DNA from: Sarea resinae
Taxonomy: Eukaryota
Length of the DNA: 64,000 nucleotides
Reading direction: 5' to 3'
Assembly (NCBI GenBank): GCA_026026165.1
Contig: JAPEUD010000096.1
Coordinates: forward strand, 1 to 64,000
The notes beneath the pieces are model-generated. The model saw nothing but the letters and a program-made list of their open reading frames with translations, had not been told where the DNA came from and ran no database searches. A program made the position numbers and the translations under genes. This document shows positions 37,271-49,400 of the stretch, one piece after another (the stretch's first letter is position 1; every line of letters begins with the position of its first letter).

Positions 37271-37729
37271 AGGTAGTTATACAGGTGTAGCACAGATAAA
37301 AACAGCCCTTACAAGCGCTTATAATTGACCTAGAGTGTATTAGAAATCATTTACTGCAGGTATATAGCAGATATTGCTGTAGCAGTTATAAATTAGTATA
37401 TCTGCTAGAATTAAAGCTGCTTGCTTCTACTAATATGTTTTTAACTTTAAGGCATAAGATATCCTAAACTAATAATCCTTATAAGATGTAAAACAGACTA
37501 TTACATAGCCTTATATATTCTTTATAGGTGATTAGGTTTTAAAGATGCTTGCAGATATAATTGCAGAGATATACTAAGTTAAATATCTGCAACGCGTTAA
37601 TAACTCGCGCTCAGTCTATACAAAGTTAGTAAATCTGCCTCAGACTATAATCTCGTGGATTTCCCTTTTGGGAATGATTAGTCATTCATCCGAACGGGCC
37701 AGATGTTAATCCGGGTCCACGTGATCTAT

Positions 37730-37750
37730 GGTCTGAGCCTGCTGAGGTAA
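37730..37750 (-). repeat. Right terminal inverted repeat
   Basis: GGTCTGAGCCTGCTGAGGTAA, reverse complement of the left TIR with 1 mismatch. Confidence 0.92.
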
Positions 37751-37759
37751 ATTGTCTGC
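37751..37759 (+). repeat. Right 9-bp target-site duplication ATTGTCTGC
   Basis: Identical to 29926-29934. Confidence 0.93.
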
Positions 37760-37872
37760 GTGCGGGCGATCTCCTCGCGTTCCGCTTCATGTTCCGCACT
37801 CGAGGATGCCGTGACCGTCATCTCCTACTCTCGAGCAGAGAGACTGCGTGAAATCCTGTGAGAGACAAATCC

Positions 37873-39506
37873 ATGTTTCGGCCTTCCCTTCCATCTCTCC
37901 GTCTCAGTCTCAGTCTTCTGCGCCGCCTGACCATGGCGCACCAGCCTCCGCGCGAGCCCCTCATCGCCATTATCGGTGCCACTGGGACCGGCAAATCCGA
38001 GGTAATGCAGACTTCTCTCTTCAGGGCATATCCGAGCAGTGTTGATGGTTGCAGATAGCTTGCAGTTGAGATTGCCCGACGGTTCAATGGCGAGGTCATC
38101 AACGGAGATGCCATGCAGCTGTACCATGGCCTGCCAATCATTACGAATAAGATCCCCGAGGACCAGAGGAAGGGTGTACCCCATCATTTATTGGGGTGTA
38201 TAGATCTGAGTGACGAAACCTGGAGTGTGGGAATCTTCATGAAGAAGGCTTTACAGCTGGTATGCCGATGGACGCCTCTGTTCTTGTTAGCCGTGTAGCT
38301 TGCTAATGCGACGAGCAAGTCCAGATTCAGGAGATCCGGTCTCGAGGACGACTCCCAGTTCTTGTAGGCGGCACGCATTATTATACACAGGCTTTGCTCT
38401 TCAGAGATGCGCTGGCAGATGGTGATGGCGGTTGTGACGGCGACGGCGTGCTTGCCGATAGGAAAGCCCAAGAAACCCCTACAGAACATTGGCCGATCCT
38501 GGAGCGGCCGACGGAAGAAATCCTGGCAGAGCTGAGAAAAGTCGATCCCGTAATGGCCGACCGGTGGCATCCGAACGATAGGAGGAAGATCCAAAGATCT
38601 CTTGGAATATGGCTTCAGACCGGCCGTCCAGCGTCGGAGGTCTACGAGATGCAAAATAAGCGACGGGCTGCCGCGTCTAATTCAGCCACGCCAGCATCAA
38701 CGAAGCTTGAGACAAACAGTATTGAAATTGGAGACATTGACGAATTTTCATTGCCTGCCAATTGCAAGTCACGCATGCGATTTGACACCCTACTCCTCTG
38801 GCCATACGCTCCTTCCGAGATTCTCCGGCCTCGACTAGACGGCCGTATTGGCACAATGCTCAGTCGTGGATTGGTCTCTGAGGTCCAAGATCTCCATCGT
38901 TTCCTCGAATCGGAACAATCTCAAGGCCGTGCGGTCGACGACACCCGTGGCATATGGGTCTCCATCGGCTACAAGGAGTTCGTCCCTTACATATCCGCGC
39001 TCCACTCAGGAATATTGTCATCCGAAGAACTGGAAACTTTAAAGTTACAGGCTATTGAACGTACTCAGGCTGCCACGCGCCAGTACGCCAAGCGCCAGGT
39101 CAGATGGATACGCATCAAGCTCCTTCACGCGCTTGCGGATACAGAGAGCGCAACAAGGCTCTTCCCGCTCGACGGCAGCGATCTAGTTGCGTGGGCTGAC
39201 TCGGTCGAGGCCCGTGCTGCTGATATTACGCAGGCGTTTCTCAACGGGCATGCCTTGCCTGATCCGAAAAGCGTGTGCCAGCTGGCTGGCGAGTTGCTGA
39301 CGCCGAGAAGGAGTTTTGATGTTAGCGGTCGGCGAGATCTGTGGGTCCGCAGGGCGTGCGAGACGTGTGGGATGACGGCTGTCATTGAGGAGGAGTGGGT
39401 TCGACATTTGAACAGCCAACGGCACAGGAAGGCTCTCAAGGGGAAAGCGAAGCGAGAGGAGAGACTAGAAAGAGAGACTCTGTTGAAAGAGGCGTCAGAT
39501 AAATGA
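37873..39506 (+). CDS. MOD5: tRNA dimethylallyl (isopentenyl) transferase
   Basis: Exons 37873-38001, 38059-38259, 38325-39506. IIGATGTGKS, NGDAMQLY, ITNK, VGGTHYY, TRQYAKRQ and a C-terminal CETC...H...H zinc finger. Confidence 0.95.
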
Positions 39507-40518
39507 AGAAGCAATGTCTTGATACGGTCAACCGAGCTCTTGAGGGAGGGTAAATAGGTGTTTGGAAGTTGGGAGTCAGGATCAATTCAGCAACGGCTGC
39601 AATCTTCTTTGGCTTTGCTCATGAGAAGGCGTACGTTATCAAGATCTTTAGTCAGAGTCTCGACGAAATTTCTGACAATACTTTCCACAGTGCCGATGAC
39701 TAGGAGACGCATATTCTATGAAGGGAAGGAGTTCTGTGGCATCCACGGATGGCGTTTCAGTCGCTCCCAGATATCCGTACCATACTATTCTTCTCCCCTG
39801 CAGTTCCACATCAAACTGAAAGAGAATCCACGATGAGATCATTTTCGCAAAGATGACCGGATAACGATACAAAATGGTAGCCATGACGACATCTCGCGCA
39901 TGGTTGCCGCGCAGAAGAGGCAGAATTAATTAGGAGGAGGCGGAGGCTTCTAAATTATTATATCTCAGGCGGGTGATCATACAAGGCTTAATTGAGTAGA
40001 TGAAAACCTGATTCAACGAGCTGGCCGGACAGGCTTTTCGCAGCTTTATAGACGATGATGTCGAAGCAACGAACCGGAAAGTTCGAGAGATGTCTAATGC
40101 AAGCATGACAGAAGGAACGGGGCTGAAAGTGATCTCATTATCCTATGGTATTATACTTAATACCGGCAACTTACGTTTTTGATTTCACTGGCCGAGCCCC
40201 AGACGCTTTTCTACTATATACTCGCAAATCTACAAAGCGTAAGCAGTAGCTGGGAAGATGTGACCTTTCAGTCCGGCTGAGACGTTCGACGATTTTTGGT
40301 CAAATTCTACTTTTTGGAAATCAGGGCGACAAATCGTTGAGCGCCAGATCGAAAATGAAAACATTAGATAACGCCCAAATCTCAATACATAAGCTGCATA
40401 TACCATGCCGTCTTCCTTTGCAACGCAAACATCCCTCCTCCCAATGCCTGACCCTCTGCTCCGGGTACGTCTAGGTCAGAAATTCATGCTGTACAGCCCA
40501 TCGGGTCTTCATAATGAC

Positions 40519-42380
40519 CTAATGCGTCTTATTCTTCCCACTGGGCTTATATCGGACCCCATGCGAGATGAGCAGGTATTTCTTGAAGAAGTCTTCAGCA
40601 AAATCATCGAATTTGACGTAGTCGGCCCCGAGCCTATAGGCCGCTGCTATGCCGCTCACACAGGCGAGTTCGTGCATGTTCTTAGAACGTCAGTTTCCAA
40701 GTCGTTATTGGGGTTCATACTGTGTTGTGGGATACGGAAAATGGTGATGGAGCGGGGAAAGAAGCAGGGGTAGACACATACCACCAGGGTCCAACTTCCC
40801 GCAAACCAGGTCCGGTTCTTTCCATTGACCCACATCATCCCCGGTACAACACGTGTGTAATGCTGCCATCTATGCCCCAACTGATGCCACCATTTGCTCT
40901 CGATGATTTTTTCCTTATCAATCTGGTCAATTGTCCACATGTCCCGATGATTTTTGTCCAGGAAAATAGATTGGAATATGTGGCGATCATAAGGGATAGG
41001 TGCCTTTTCTGGCCCCACGTTAGAGGGGTCCGCGGGGTCCTGCCGGAACTGGTGCTGGTAATTGGTGCAGTCGAAAGCCATTTCGATTTTCTGCATGTCC
41101 TGAGGGTAGGAATGCGTATAGTACATTGGCCTAAACCCCCCTGGTTCACCATCTGAGCTTCGCGATTCGTTTTTGGCAAACTTGATTTGGTCTTCTTGGG
41201 CTTTGGACTTGGGTTCCGCACAGAGGGATGAATTGAAATGGGTTTCATAGTTGCGTTGAAAGTAATCAGCATCGGAATGGGTGATCGTGATGTCGTCGTA
41301 GAATTTGGCACCCCCTAACACAGCACGCTCTTTCCACGTGGACGCTTGACCAAGGATCTTGAGGGCGTCATCGGCGAGCACAGCGAGGACAAGCTCGTCA
41401 AAACTTGCGGTAGTTGTTTTAGGACCTGTGTGTGCACCTCCTGCGAGATCGTAATTGATGCTTGGATCGAAGGGTGCGGTCTGCAACACTACACCATTGG
41501 AGCTTCGACCTAGAATTGAAGTCACGTCCGTGTTAAGACGAATATCGACACCTTTGGACCGGAGATCTACCTCCCAGTCATGGTAAAAGTTGTGCAGATT
41601 TGGAAAAGTGACCATAGTCGGGAGATTCGGTAGGAGGGTTTCTGGGTCATAATCCCAGAGCTTCATGTTGGGGTCATCGAAAAGTCTTTCGAGAATTGCG
41701 CAAGAGACGTTCGCGGTTTGATTTCCTGCGTGGATTAGAAAAGGCTCTTTGTTTATTTTCTTTTCAAGCTTGGCATTTCAAGAATCTCACCTGTGCCGAG
41801 AAAGAGCGCAATCAGTGGGAACACCATTTTATCGCCAAAGTCCTGATTAAAGAAAAACATCCGAAGCATGATCCTAATGGGAACGATTCCGAGAATCGGC
41901 ATTGTATATTTGATCAATTTGAGGACTTTGCCAAATTTCTTGATGTCGCTGGAAAACTGATCCACAAGCTGACTCGGAAAACAGTTCGTCCAGAAGCTGT
42001 CCTCGCCCTTCCCAAATGCCACCTGAAGCTTCACTTCCTGAGGCTGATGTCCGTATCTTTGGAAGAAGTTGAAGGTATGCTTAAAGACGGGAGAACCGCC
42101 TTGGACTCCATCGTTCATCCACGACGTGCCATATTTCTCCTTGTCAAGGGATATCGTAGTTGCTTGGCCACCGCATACGCCCATACGCTCGATCATTGTG
42201 ACCTTGAACTTCTGTGGATGTTCTGCAAGCGTGGCGGCGCATGACTGAAGAATGACCACAATCAGCCTTGAGCTTACTACTGGGCCAGAGTCAAGAGAAA
42301 CATACCATTCCGGCAGCACCCGCTCCGACGATAACAACATGCTTTCTGCCATCTGCTGCCAGTCTTTCCTGAGATGACAT
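40519..42380 (-). CDS. FAD/NAD(P)-binding oxidoreductase (flavin amine-oxidase-like)
   Basis: Rossmann motif VVIVGAGAAGM, ERMGVCGGQA, and C-terminal WFAGSWTLV|NMHELACVSGIAAAYRLG; 4 exons. Confidence 0.85.
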
Positions 42381-43588
42381 TGTGAGCGTCCGAGAAGGGT
42401 CGAAGATAGGCCCTAAGAGGTTGGTTATCGCCGGGGTCGAAAAGGAAGGAAGAGATGGACACACAGGCAGATGTAGTGGGCAAAGGGAGCAGTCAATATA
42501 GCCAAGGCACACGAATCCTCCATGATGCGATTTGAGGGGTCCTAACTAGGGTAGGGCAAGGCAAGATTAAAAGCGATGATGAAATCGATCGAAGAGCGAG
42601 GCAGAATGTTGATGGATGGGACTTGTTCCGGCTCGAAACAGAATAGCATGCTCATCCTTACCGTAGAAGAGTCATCATGCGTCAAACATCCATTATCAAT
42701 CGACCTTACCTTACCTCAAGGTAGGTAGGTAAGGTAGCAGAGGTTCCTAGCAGAACAGATCAAGATCTTACTAGTGGCCATGCAGCTACCCTAGCCCCGG
42801 ACTAAGGGTCGGACTACGCCATGAGGTAACGACTCCGGGAGGTCGAGGTCCGACTAAGCTGCGAGTCCCCGTCCATTCCAGATTGGCGAGATTTACAGTT
42901 TTAGATACAGTTTCCAATTATCAACTGTGTTGCAGAACTATCGTAGAACAAAGACTGCGATGTATCTTGAAGTCCCGGACTACAGCGCTGGAGGATGGCC
43001 TCGCCCGCTCTCATCGAGTTCAGGACCTCGGGGCTGTTCAGGGTTGGGTACTTTGATGGGTAATGTTTTCTCAGTAGGATCCAACGTTAGTTGATGTGTG
43101 CATTTCAGTACACATTGAGCTACACCGTAGCCTTTCAAGCTCAGCGTTCACATGTACTCAGTCTATATGAACTTTCACTCCTTAATTCCGTCCTAATGAT
43201 ATACCCTATAATTCTGCTTTCGCTTTAACAAGAAGGAATGAAACAGAGCAAACAAGCAAAAGAAGCCATGAAGCATAAGGCCATAAAAACCTTCCTCCCG
43301 CAGGCATACCGCCATTTCCGTTACGCAGACCGATTTTGTACAAGTATATCGTTCAGAAAATGAAAAGATACGATCGCCATCTCCATGTAAGTCCGTGCTG
43401 AAGATTGCAAGAGAGGTAGACGCATAGGAAGTGAAATCGCCATACTTTGCTTAGGCAATTGAGGAGATGATAGAGTGCCTATGAAGCGCTTTTGGACGTG
43501 AAGATCCCTGTAAAATAAACGCCTTTGAATGGACACGTTAATATGATAGGTTGCGTGGAGCCGCATGGTAATCCACACTTCGATGCCG

Positions 43589-45004
43589 CTAAGCAGCGTT
43601 CTGACTCCATTGTGAAATTGATGAATTCGAGGGGTAGTGGCCATGACCGGCAGCAACGTTGCCCGGCGGATTCCAGTACTGCTTGTTCGGTGGGTACGAA
43701 TTAGGATCTTCGGAGCGAGGCGACCCCGCATGGGGTGCCCATCTCTGATCTATTGGGGGGAATGAGCTGTTCTCTGATAGGGGTGCCGAGTAATAACCTC
43801 GACCAAAGCTTTCCACGGGCTTTGCATCACCGATATTTGAAGTCTCAGCTCCGCTTAACCTATGTCGGTATTGAGCTTGAGGAAGTCCTTGAGGTTGTGG
43901 TGGCGGTGGTCTAGTGCTATGTATAGAACCAGGAGCACCCACGGAATTGCTGAAAGGGTCAAAACGTGAGGCATAGGGGGCAGAGCTTGGATATGACCCG
44001 TAGTCTTCCAGCTTTCCTGGAAGTTGTGGATTGGGGTTTGAATGCGAATAGTAGGACGTCTGGCTCGTTGCGGACGTAGGAGACACTAGAGGGTAGCTTG
44101 ATGACGTCAAGGAGTGATGTGATGTACTGCTAGAGTAAGGAACATGATCTAAACCTTGATAGAAGCCGCTGTGAGAGGCGGATGTCTGCTGCTGAGGGTG
44201 ATAATCGTGTCCAAGCACCGAAGCTGTATTTCTCTCGAAGCCACCACGGTCGAGGTACCCATACGGATTGTGCGGTCCATCGAGCTGAGTATCTAGCCCT
44301 TCGTCCACATCATCCAAAGGGGCTCGAAAATTTTGTCGAGACGTCAATTCGGGTCGAGGCTTAGTATATCTGAGCAGATTACTCTGAGACGGTGTCTCCA
44401 AGTCATTGTTCAAGACATCCTCGACTTTGTAGTAGGAAACGAGGTGGTGATGCACGCCCTGAACATTGACACTCATAGTCTTCTTCACAAGCCCTCCATC
44501 CTTGAATCCATAGGAATCAACTAATGAGCCAATGAGAGCTCGTTCCGTCTCCTTGTCAAAATTGCCATCAGGTTTGAAAGCAGGCGACGCTGACAAAGTC
44601 GGCGAATAATCTCCTGGCTGGCTAGTATTCACGGAGTCCATTGATGATCTCGAATATGGTGCCCCGGATTTCATAGGTCTCTTATTTCTTTTCGCGGCTC
44701 TCTTCTTCTCTCCGGGTGGAAAAGGCTTCAGCAACTCTCGATACACCAGAAAGTTGCCGAGTATCCTACTGGGGCTCCACGGCACACCATCCGTCCATCG
44801 CTTGATTCCGGATGCATTTTCTTCGTATATGAAGACGCAGCCACTGCGGATAAGGTTCCCACGTTCGCGGTCATGCGGCCTACGAGGAACATGGTGTAAA
44901 GTGCCGTTGAGACACGCTTCGAAAAGAATCAACGCATCCTGAGTAGTAGCCACATGACCCTGGAAAGTTGGCTGAAGAGAGCCACTACCACCCATGCTCC
45001 CCAT
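43589..45004 (-). CDS. Gti1/Pac2 (WOPR) family transcription factor, Wor1/Ryp1/Sge1-type
   Basis: Single exon, 471 aa. PTFQGHVATTQDALILFEAC, SGIKRWTDG, WSPSRILGNFLVYREL, GLVKKTMSV and HHLVSYY; low-complexity C-terminus. Confidence 0.93.
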   Translation of the reverse strand: MGSMGGSGSLQPTFQGHVATTQDALILFEACLNGTLHHVPRRPHDRERGNLIRSGCVFIYEENASGIKRWTDGVPWSPSRILGNFLVYRELLKPFPPGEKKRAAKRNKRPMKSGAPYSRSSMDSVNTSQPGDYSPTLSASPAFKPDGNFDKETERALIGSLVDSYGFKDGGLVKKTMSVNVQGVHHHLVSYYKVEDVLNNDLETPSQSNLLRYTKPRPELTSRQNFRAPLDDVDEGLDTQLDGPHNPYGYLDRGGFERNTASVLGHDYHPQQQTSASHSGFYQGLDHVPYSSSTSHHSLTSSSYPLVSPTSATSQTSYYSHSNPNPQLPGKLEDYGSYPSSAPYASRFDPFSNSVGAPGSIHSTRPPPPQPQGLPQAQYRHRLSGAETSNIGDAKPVESFGRGYYSAPLSENSSFPPIDQRWAPHAGSPRSEDPNSYPPNKQYWNPPGNVAAGHGHYPSNSSISQWSQNAA

Positions 45005-46458
45005 CTTCAAGCGGTGACGAAGTCGTGTCAAGAATTTGACTGTGCGGCACTCGTTCGAGTTTCTTGGTGTCCAGCTATTGCTTGAACTGACAACGTGATC
45101 GAGAAAGCAATCGGGTTGGCTTCGAAGAGTAGGTTGAATTAGTCTCAAAACGATGGTTGATGAATGCACCAAATTCACAGCTCAGCGATCCTCGAGAAAA
45201 GCTGGAGCTCAGAGGCGAATCCACCAGATGTGATGTCTAGTATTTCGGGCAGAGAATTTCAGAAGACGCAATCTTAACTGGCGGTGGGATGGTTCGGTAG
45301 AGCTGAGATGGCTATAGTTTGAAGAGAAGCAGGGTAGATATCCCAGTGAGGTCGGGAGGCAATCAAGAGCGCGCTTGACTTTCCGTGAACTGGTCAGACC
45401 TTTCGAAGGCTGACGCAACGAGCGAATGTTGAGGAGCTTCCCGTGCCTCTATCCGGCCATTACGGCACAATGGACGACGCAATGCGGGAAGCGCAGAAGG
45501 TCCCAGATGGTCGGAGCTCCTTCACGCACATACATGTCAACCATCTCTCCTTCGCCATTCGAACTGACGGCAAGAATGTACGATAGAACGCAGTTGACTC
45601 CGCTGCAATATTTGAAAGGAAGCACGGTCTCTCTCTTTCTCTCGGTGTGAATCGCGAGCAGTGGCAGTGGTAGGTACAGATGGTGTCGGTGGATCTGGAA
45701 TGCAACAGAAGGTGAGGCAGGGGAGAGGATGTCGTAATTTCGAATAGCAAGTGGTAATAATAATGAGGTATGAATGTATGTATGTGTATATGAACGGGTG
45801 AGTAGGTGAAGAAGCGTACAGGTAGGAGGTACCCAGGCAGGAGGCAGGTAAAGTGCGGGTATAGGGCAGTTAGTGAGTAGGCGGCAGAGTGCGTAGGTAG
45901 ACGGCAAGGTAATGTGGACAGTAAGCAGGTGAGAGAGGCAGTAGGCAGTAGGCAGTAGGCGGGCAGGTAGACGGGCAGTTAATGGCAGGGGAAAACGAAG
46001 TATCAGAGGGGCGACGAAACTCTATTCCATAGGCGAAAGTCTACTTACAAGTGTTTCGACCAGTCAGTACGATGGAAAGATAATTAACGTTGGCGATCTC
46101 TTTAAGACGTCGTAAAGCCCCGAGATGGCCAAGTATGGGGCCGTCGTTTGGAATAATAATCGAGTTTGGGTCGATAGGCAGTCGTCGGCGACGCGATGCG
46201 ATGCGGTACGTTTGCGATTCTTCGACCCTCTATTTCCTCATTCACTCCCGCCTTCTCTCTCGCCCTCTTAGTCAACCTGAACTCTTTCTCCTTTCCGTTG
46301 CTTTGCTTTCCCTTCCTTTTCTTTTCTTTCCTTGCCTTCCGCCTCTTCACCGTATTCCTTCGTTCTCAACACGGACTCTATTTATCTGTATGATAATTCC
46401 TGACTTGATCTCTCGGCCTCTCTCTTTATCCTCCTAGTTTCCCTCTCTTTCTGCCTTC

Positions 46459-46480
46459 CTCTCTCTCTCTCTCTCTCTCT
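46459..46480. repeat. (CT)n microsatellite within a long polypyrimidine tract
   Basis: Direct reading. Confidence 0.85.
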
Positions 46481-49400
46481 CCCTCTCTCTGTTCTCGGTT
46501 TCTCAGTCTCGGACTCCGTCCGTATCTCATATATCTATCGTTGCCCTTCTCTGGCGCGTCTGTCGATCACCCTTCTTTCGTTGCATGTCCCACGCCTCGC
46601 AGGATTTAGAGTTGTGAATTAAGGTGATCTAAGACAAAGAGCATGGGAAGATAAAGTGTAAAAGTCAACATGGGGGAGGGAGGGGGTGGGGGGTGGGTGG
46701 TGCTGGAGGTTGGGGTTGGATGTATGGTAGGGCCCGTATCGAAAGGATGATTGACAACGCTACTCTTTCTATACTGTGGCAAAGGCAAGAGGTTTTATGT
46801 AGCAGATCATTCCATGATAGGACCCCCCCGGTCTATGAAATGGGGGCAATGACCCAATGGCGTACGGCAAACTGGACTGGCACGTTGCAGAGGGACTTGG
46901 AACGAGATAGCAATAATGACACATTGTTGACACCACACACTGAAGGGAAGGACCTTGGACGGACCTTGCCTGTGAATGATTCTCCATGGAGTGTGCCTCT
47001 TAGCCTGTTCCGCTGCCGGCCACGCGGCGGCCTGCAAAGGACAGACGTGCAAGCCCGAGTCGGTCTGTGCGCAATTCTCCTCTGGTTGGAGGAGGGGAGG
47101 AGGGACGAGGGGAGGAGAGGAATAGTAGTCGAGAGAGGCAGCAGTAGTAGTAGTGGCAAGTATTGGGTTGAGAAACAGCCCTGGAGAGAACCTCTTTAGA
47201 GGGGATGGAGAGGTTTGAGCTAGAAGTGACTTGCCGGACTAGCTAAGCTCTCTACCTACGTAAAGTACTTTGTACACTAATCTATGTTGCCTGCCTGCCT
47301 ACCTTACCTTGCCTTCCTTACCTAGCCCACCTTGCCTACCTAATGACAACCTGAAGTGGCCTAGGTATCTATATACCTTACTTGACCCTCCATGACCTTA
47401 CCTGCCTTACCTGCCTTACCTGCCTTGCCGATTCGATACCTGGGGTCCCTCCGGTGCATCCCAATCGCAGCTGTCATTCGCTATATAACATCGCGGTATC
47501 GACGACAGAATTCTCAGGACACTGAGATTGAGAGTGAATCTAAGCGCACACTGGGCACCGATCTCCCAGTGAACGTATGAAGTACTTCGTACTTACTCTG
47601 GAGTAGACCTACACTTTACTTTCGGTACGCAGCAGAGTACGGATACGGCTCTTGAGATTCCCCCACTTTGCAATATCCTGCCCTTCCAGCCTTCCAGGGT
47701 GCTCTGCATAGCCCTGCGATAGTGCCTCGCGAAGCTCTGCGACGCCCTGCAAGGCCCGCAAAGCCCCTGTGATTGGCGTCGCCCCTAAACAGCGTCCATG
47801 TTGAACTATGCAGAATTGGGAAGTTTCCAAGCGTTTCGCTGCTCTGCGCGCTATCCTGCGCTCCGCCTTAGCCGAACATCGTTTGCTGCAAGCCCTACAT
47901 GACTTTGGGTACTCGATTGCTCGGGAGCAGAATACCGCGGAGGACCGTATGTATGATGAGGGATGAAGCCGCGGAGTTCCCGTCCAGGGACGTCCGAGTA
48001 CTCCCTACCGCTCTAAGCAGGGAAGCAAGGCCCAGGCACTCTTCGAGTTGCTCCGCCTTTCCGCGCAGAGCACCGGGCTTGCAGTGATCTACAGCAATGT
48101 ACTCCCGTATCTCACACCCTAAAGCGCGACTACTGCCACTGCTAATACGGATACTGCTACTGCTCCAACTAAATATCGACGATGCTCGATGGTCCGGTAA
48201 TTGGGCAGTCAGTTGGGCGGTACTTTGCCATTCCCGCAGAGATCGCTCTGCCTAGACTCCACACTCAGGCCAATCGTACATGGTAGTCTTGTTCGAAAGA
48301 TGGCCGTGACCCCCTCCCCCGAAATCGAGAGGCCCGTTCTCCGTGCCGCTTCCTATCTAATATCGAATCCCTTTCCTTACCTTACCGTAAAGAAGATGAT
48401 CATCACAGTAGGGACCAACTTGAGCCGAAAAGATATCATCGAGCTGGTGACCGACCTAAGCATTGCTCCCCACCTACCTCATGGGCGAAACGTCCGAGCC
48501 CCACGCTGGCGCGTCCTGGAACCGGTGCTTGGAGAGAGAAGATGGCGAAAGTGGCGGTGTAGTGGAGGCGCTCTGAGGCGCCTCTTCCTTCCAGAGATGA
48601 TCAATATCTACCATGCAATATTCACGCGCAGAATCCGATGCCATGGACGACGCATGATCTTGGTGTTACCTCGCTGACGCGGATGAGCGTAGAGCTCTCT
48701 TCGACACCCGCCGTGAAGTTCATGATCGACGATCCTCGTTCATGAGCATTCCTGGATTAAAGGTAGTGAAATGCCGGGCGGGTAGCCGTAGCTGGATGGG
48801 CGACCGTCGTCAGCCAGCTCGTCGTCAGCCCTTTTCAGCCTTCTCCCCTGTTCAGTCGATAGACGATGGCGCAGGATTCGGGTTAGTACAGCTGAGCAGA
48901 TCGGGCCGAAAGCTTCGACGTGAACCTTGCTTGGCGCCTCGCACCCCGGAGAATTCGGAAAGACCCTAAGTCGATCTTCTTCGGCCCATGAGCCAAAAAG
49001 CGACCAGGCGAGATGAGGGCAATGCTATTATGTAGTGTATCCCGGGGAAAAACGCGAGCAAGTGGGCGCAGTGCAGACAGAGTTCAGTATTCCCGGCCGT
49101 CGCATGACATTAGTAGCAGGAGTAGGAAACAGCCTCCGAATCGCCCATCTGCTGCCCGATTTGCTGCTCTTCGAATAGCATTCCTGGACAGAGATTTGCA
49201 GGATACGTACTGGGGAGGCGGGTCGAGCGAGGCATCTTTTAGACGCCGGCATGACGTGTAATTCTCCAGCTTCGTGGACGTGGACGTGAGAAGAGACAGG
49301 TCAGATCCACCACGCACAGAGTGGGCTCAATTCGTTACAGCTTCCTCGCCAACGTCAACGCCTCGTCTCTCCGATTGCATTTAGCCTCATCTACTCGGGT

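Larger units (their letters stand above)
29935..37750. mobile_element. RIP-inactivated AcademH-like DNA transposon, 7,816 bp (transposase, RecQ-like helicase, Zn2Cys6 region)
   Basis: TIRs TTACCTCAGCA(T/G)GCTCAGACC (20/21), 9-bp TSD, AT/TpA-rich interior full of TAG/TAA stops, and decayed transposase and helicase motifs on opposite strands. Confidence 0.88.

Noticed and set aside
30022..37646. Inner inverted repeats as the true element termini
   Set aside because: No TSD flanks them, whereas the outer repeats at 29935 and 37750 are flanked by an exact 9-bp duplication.
45005..45178. 58-aa N-terminal extension of the WOPR factor in the ORF track
   Set aside because: It begins at a non-ATG codon and the WOPR domain normally starts near the N-terminus; the ATG at 45004 is preferred.
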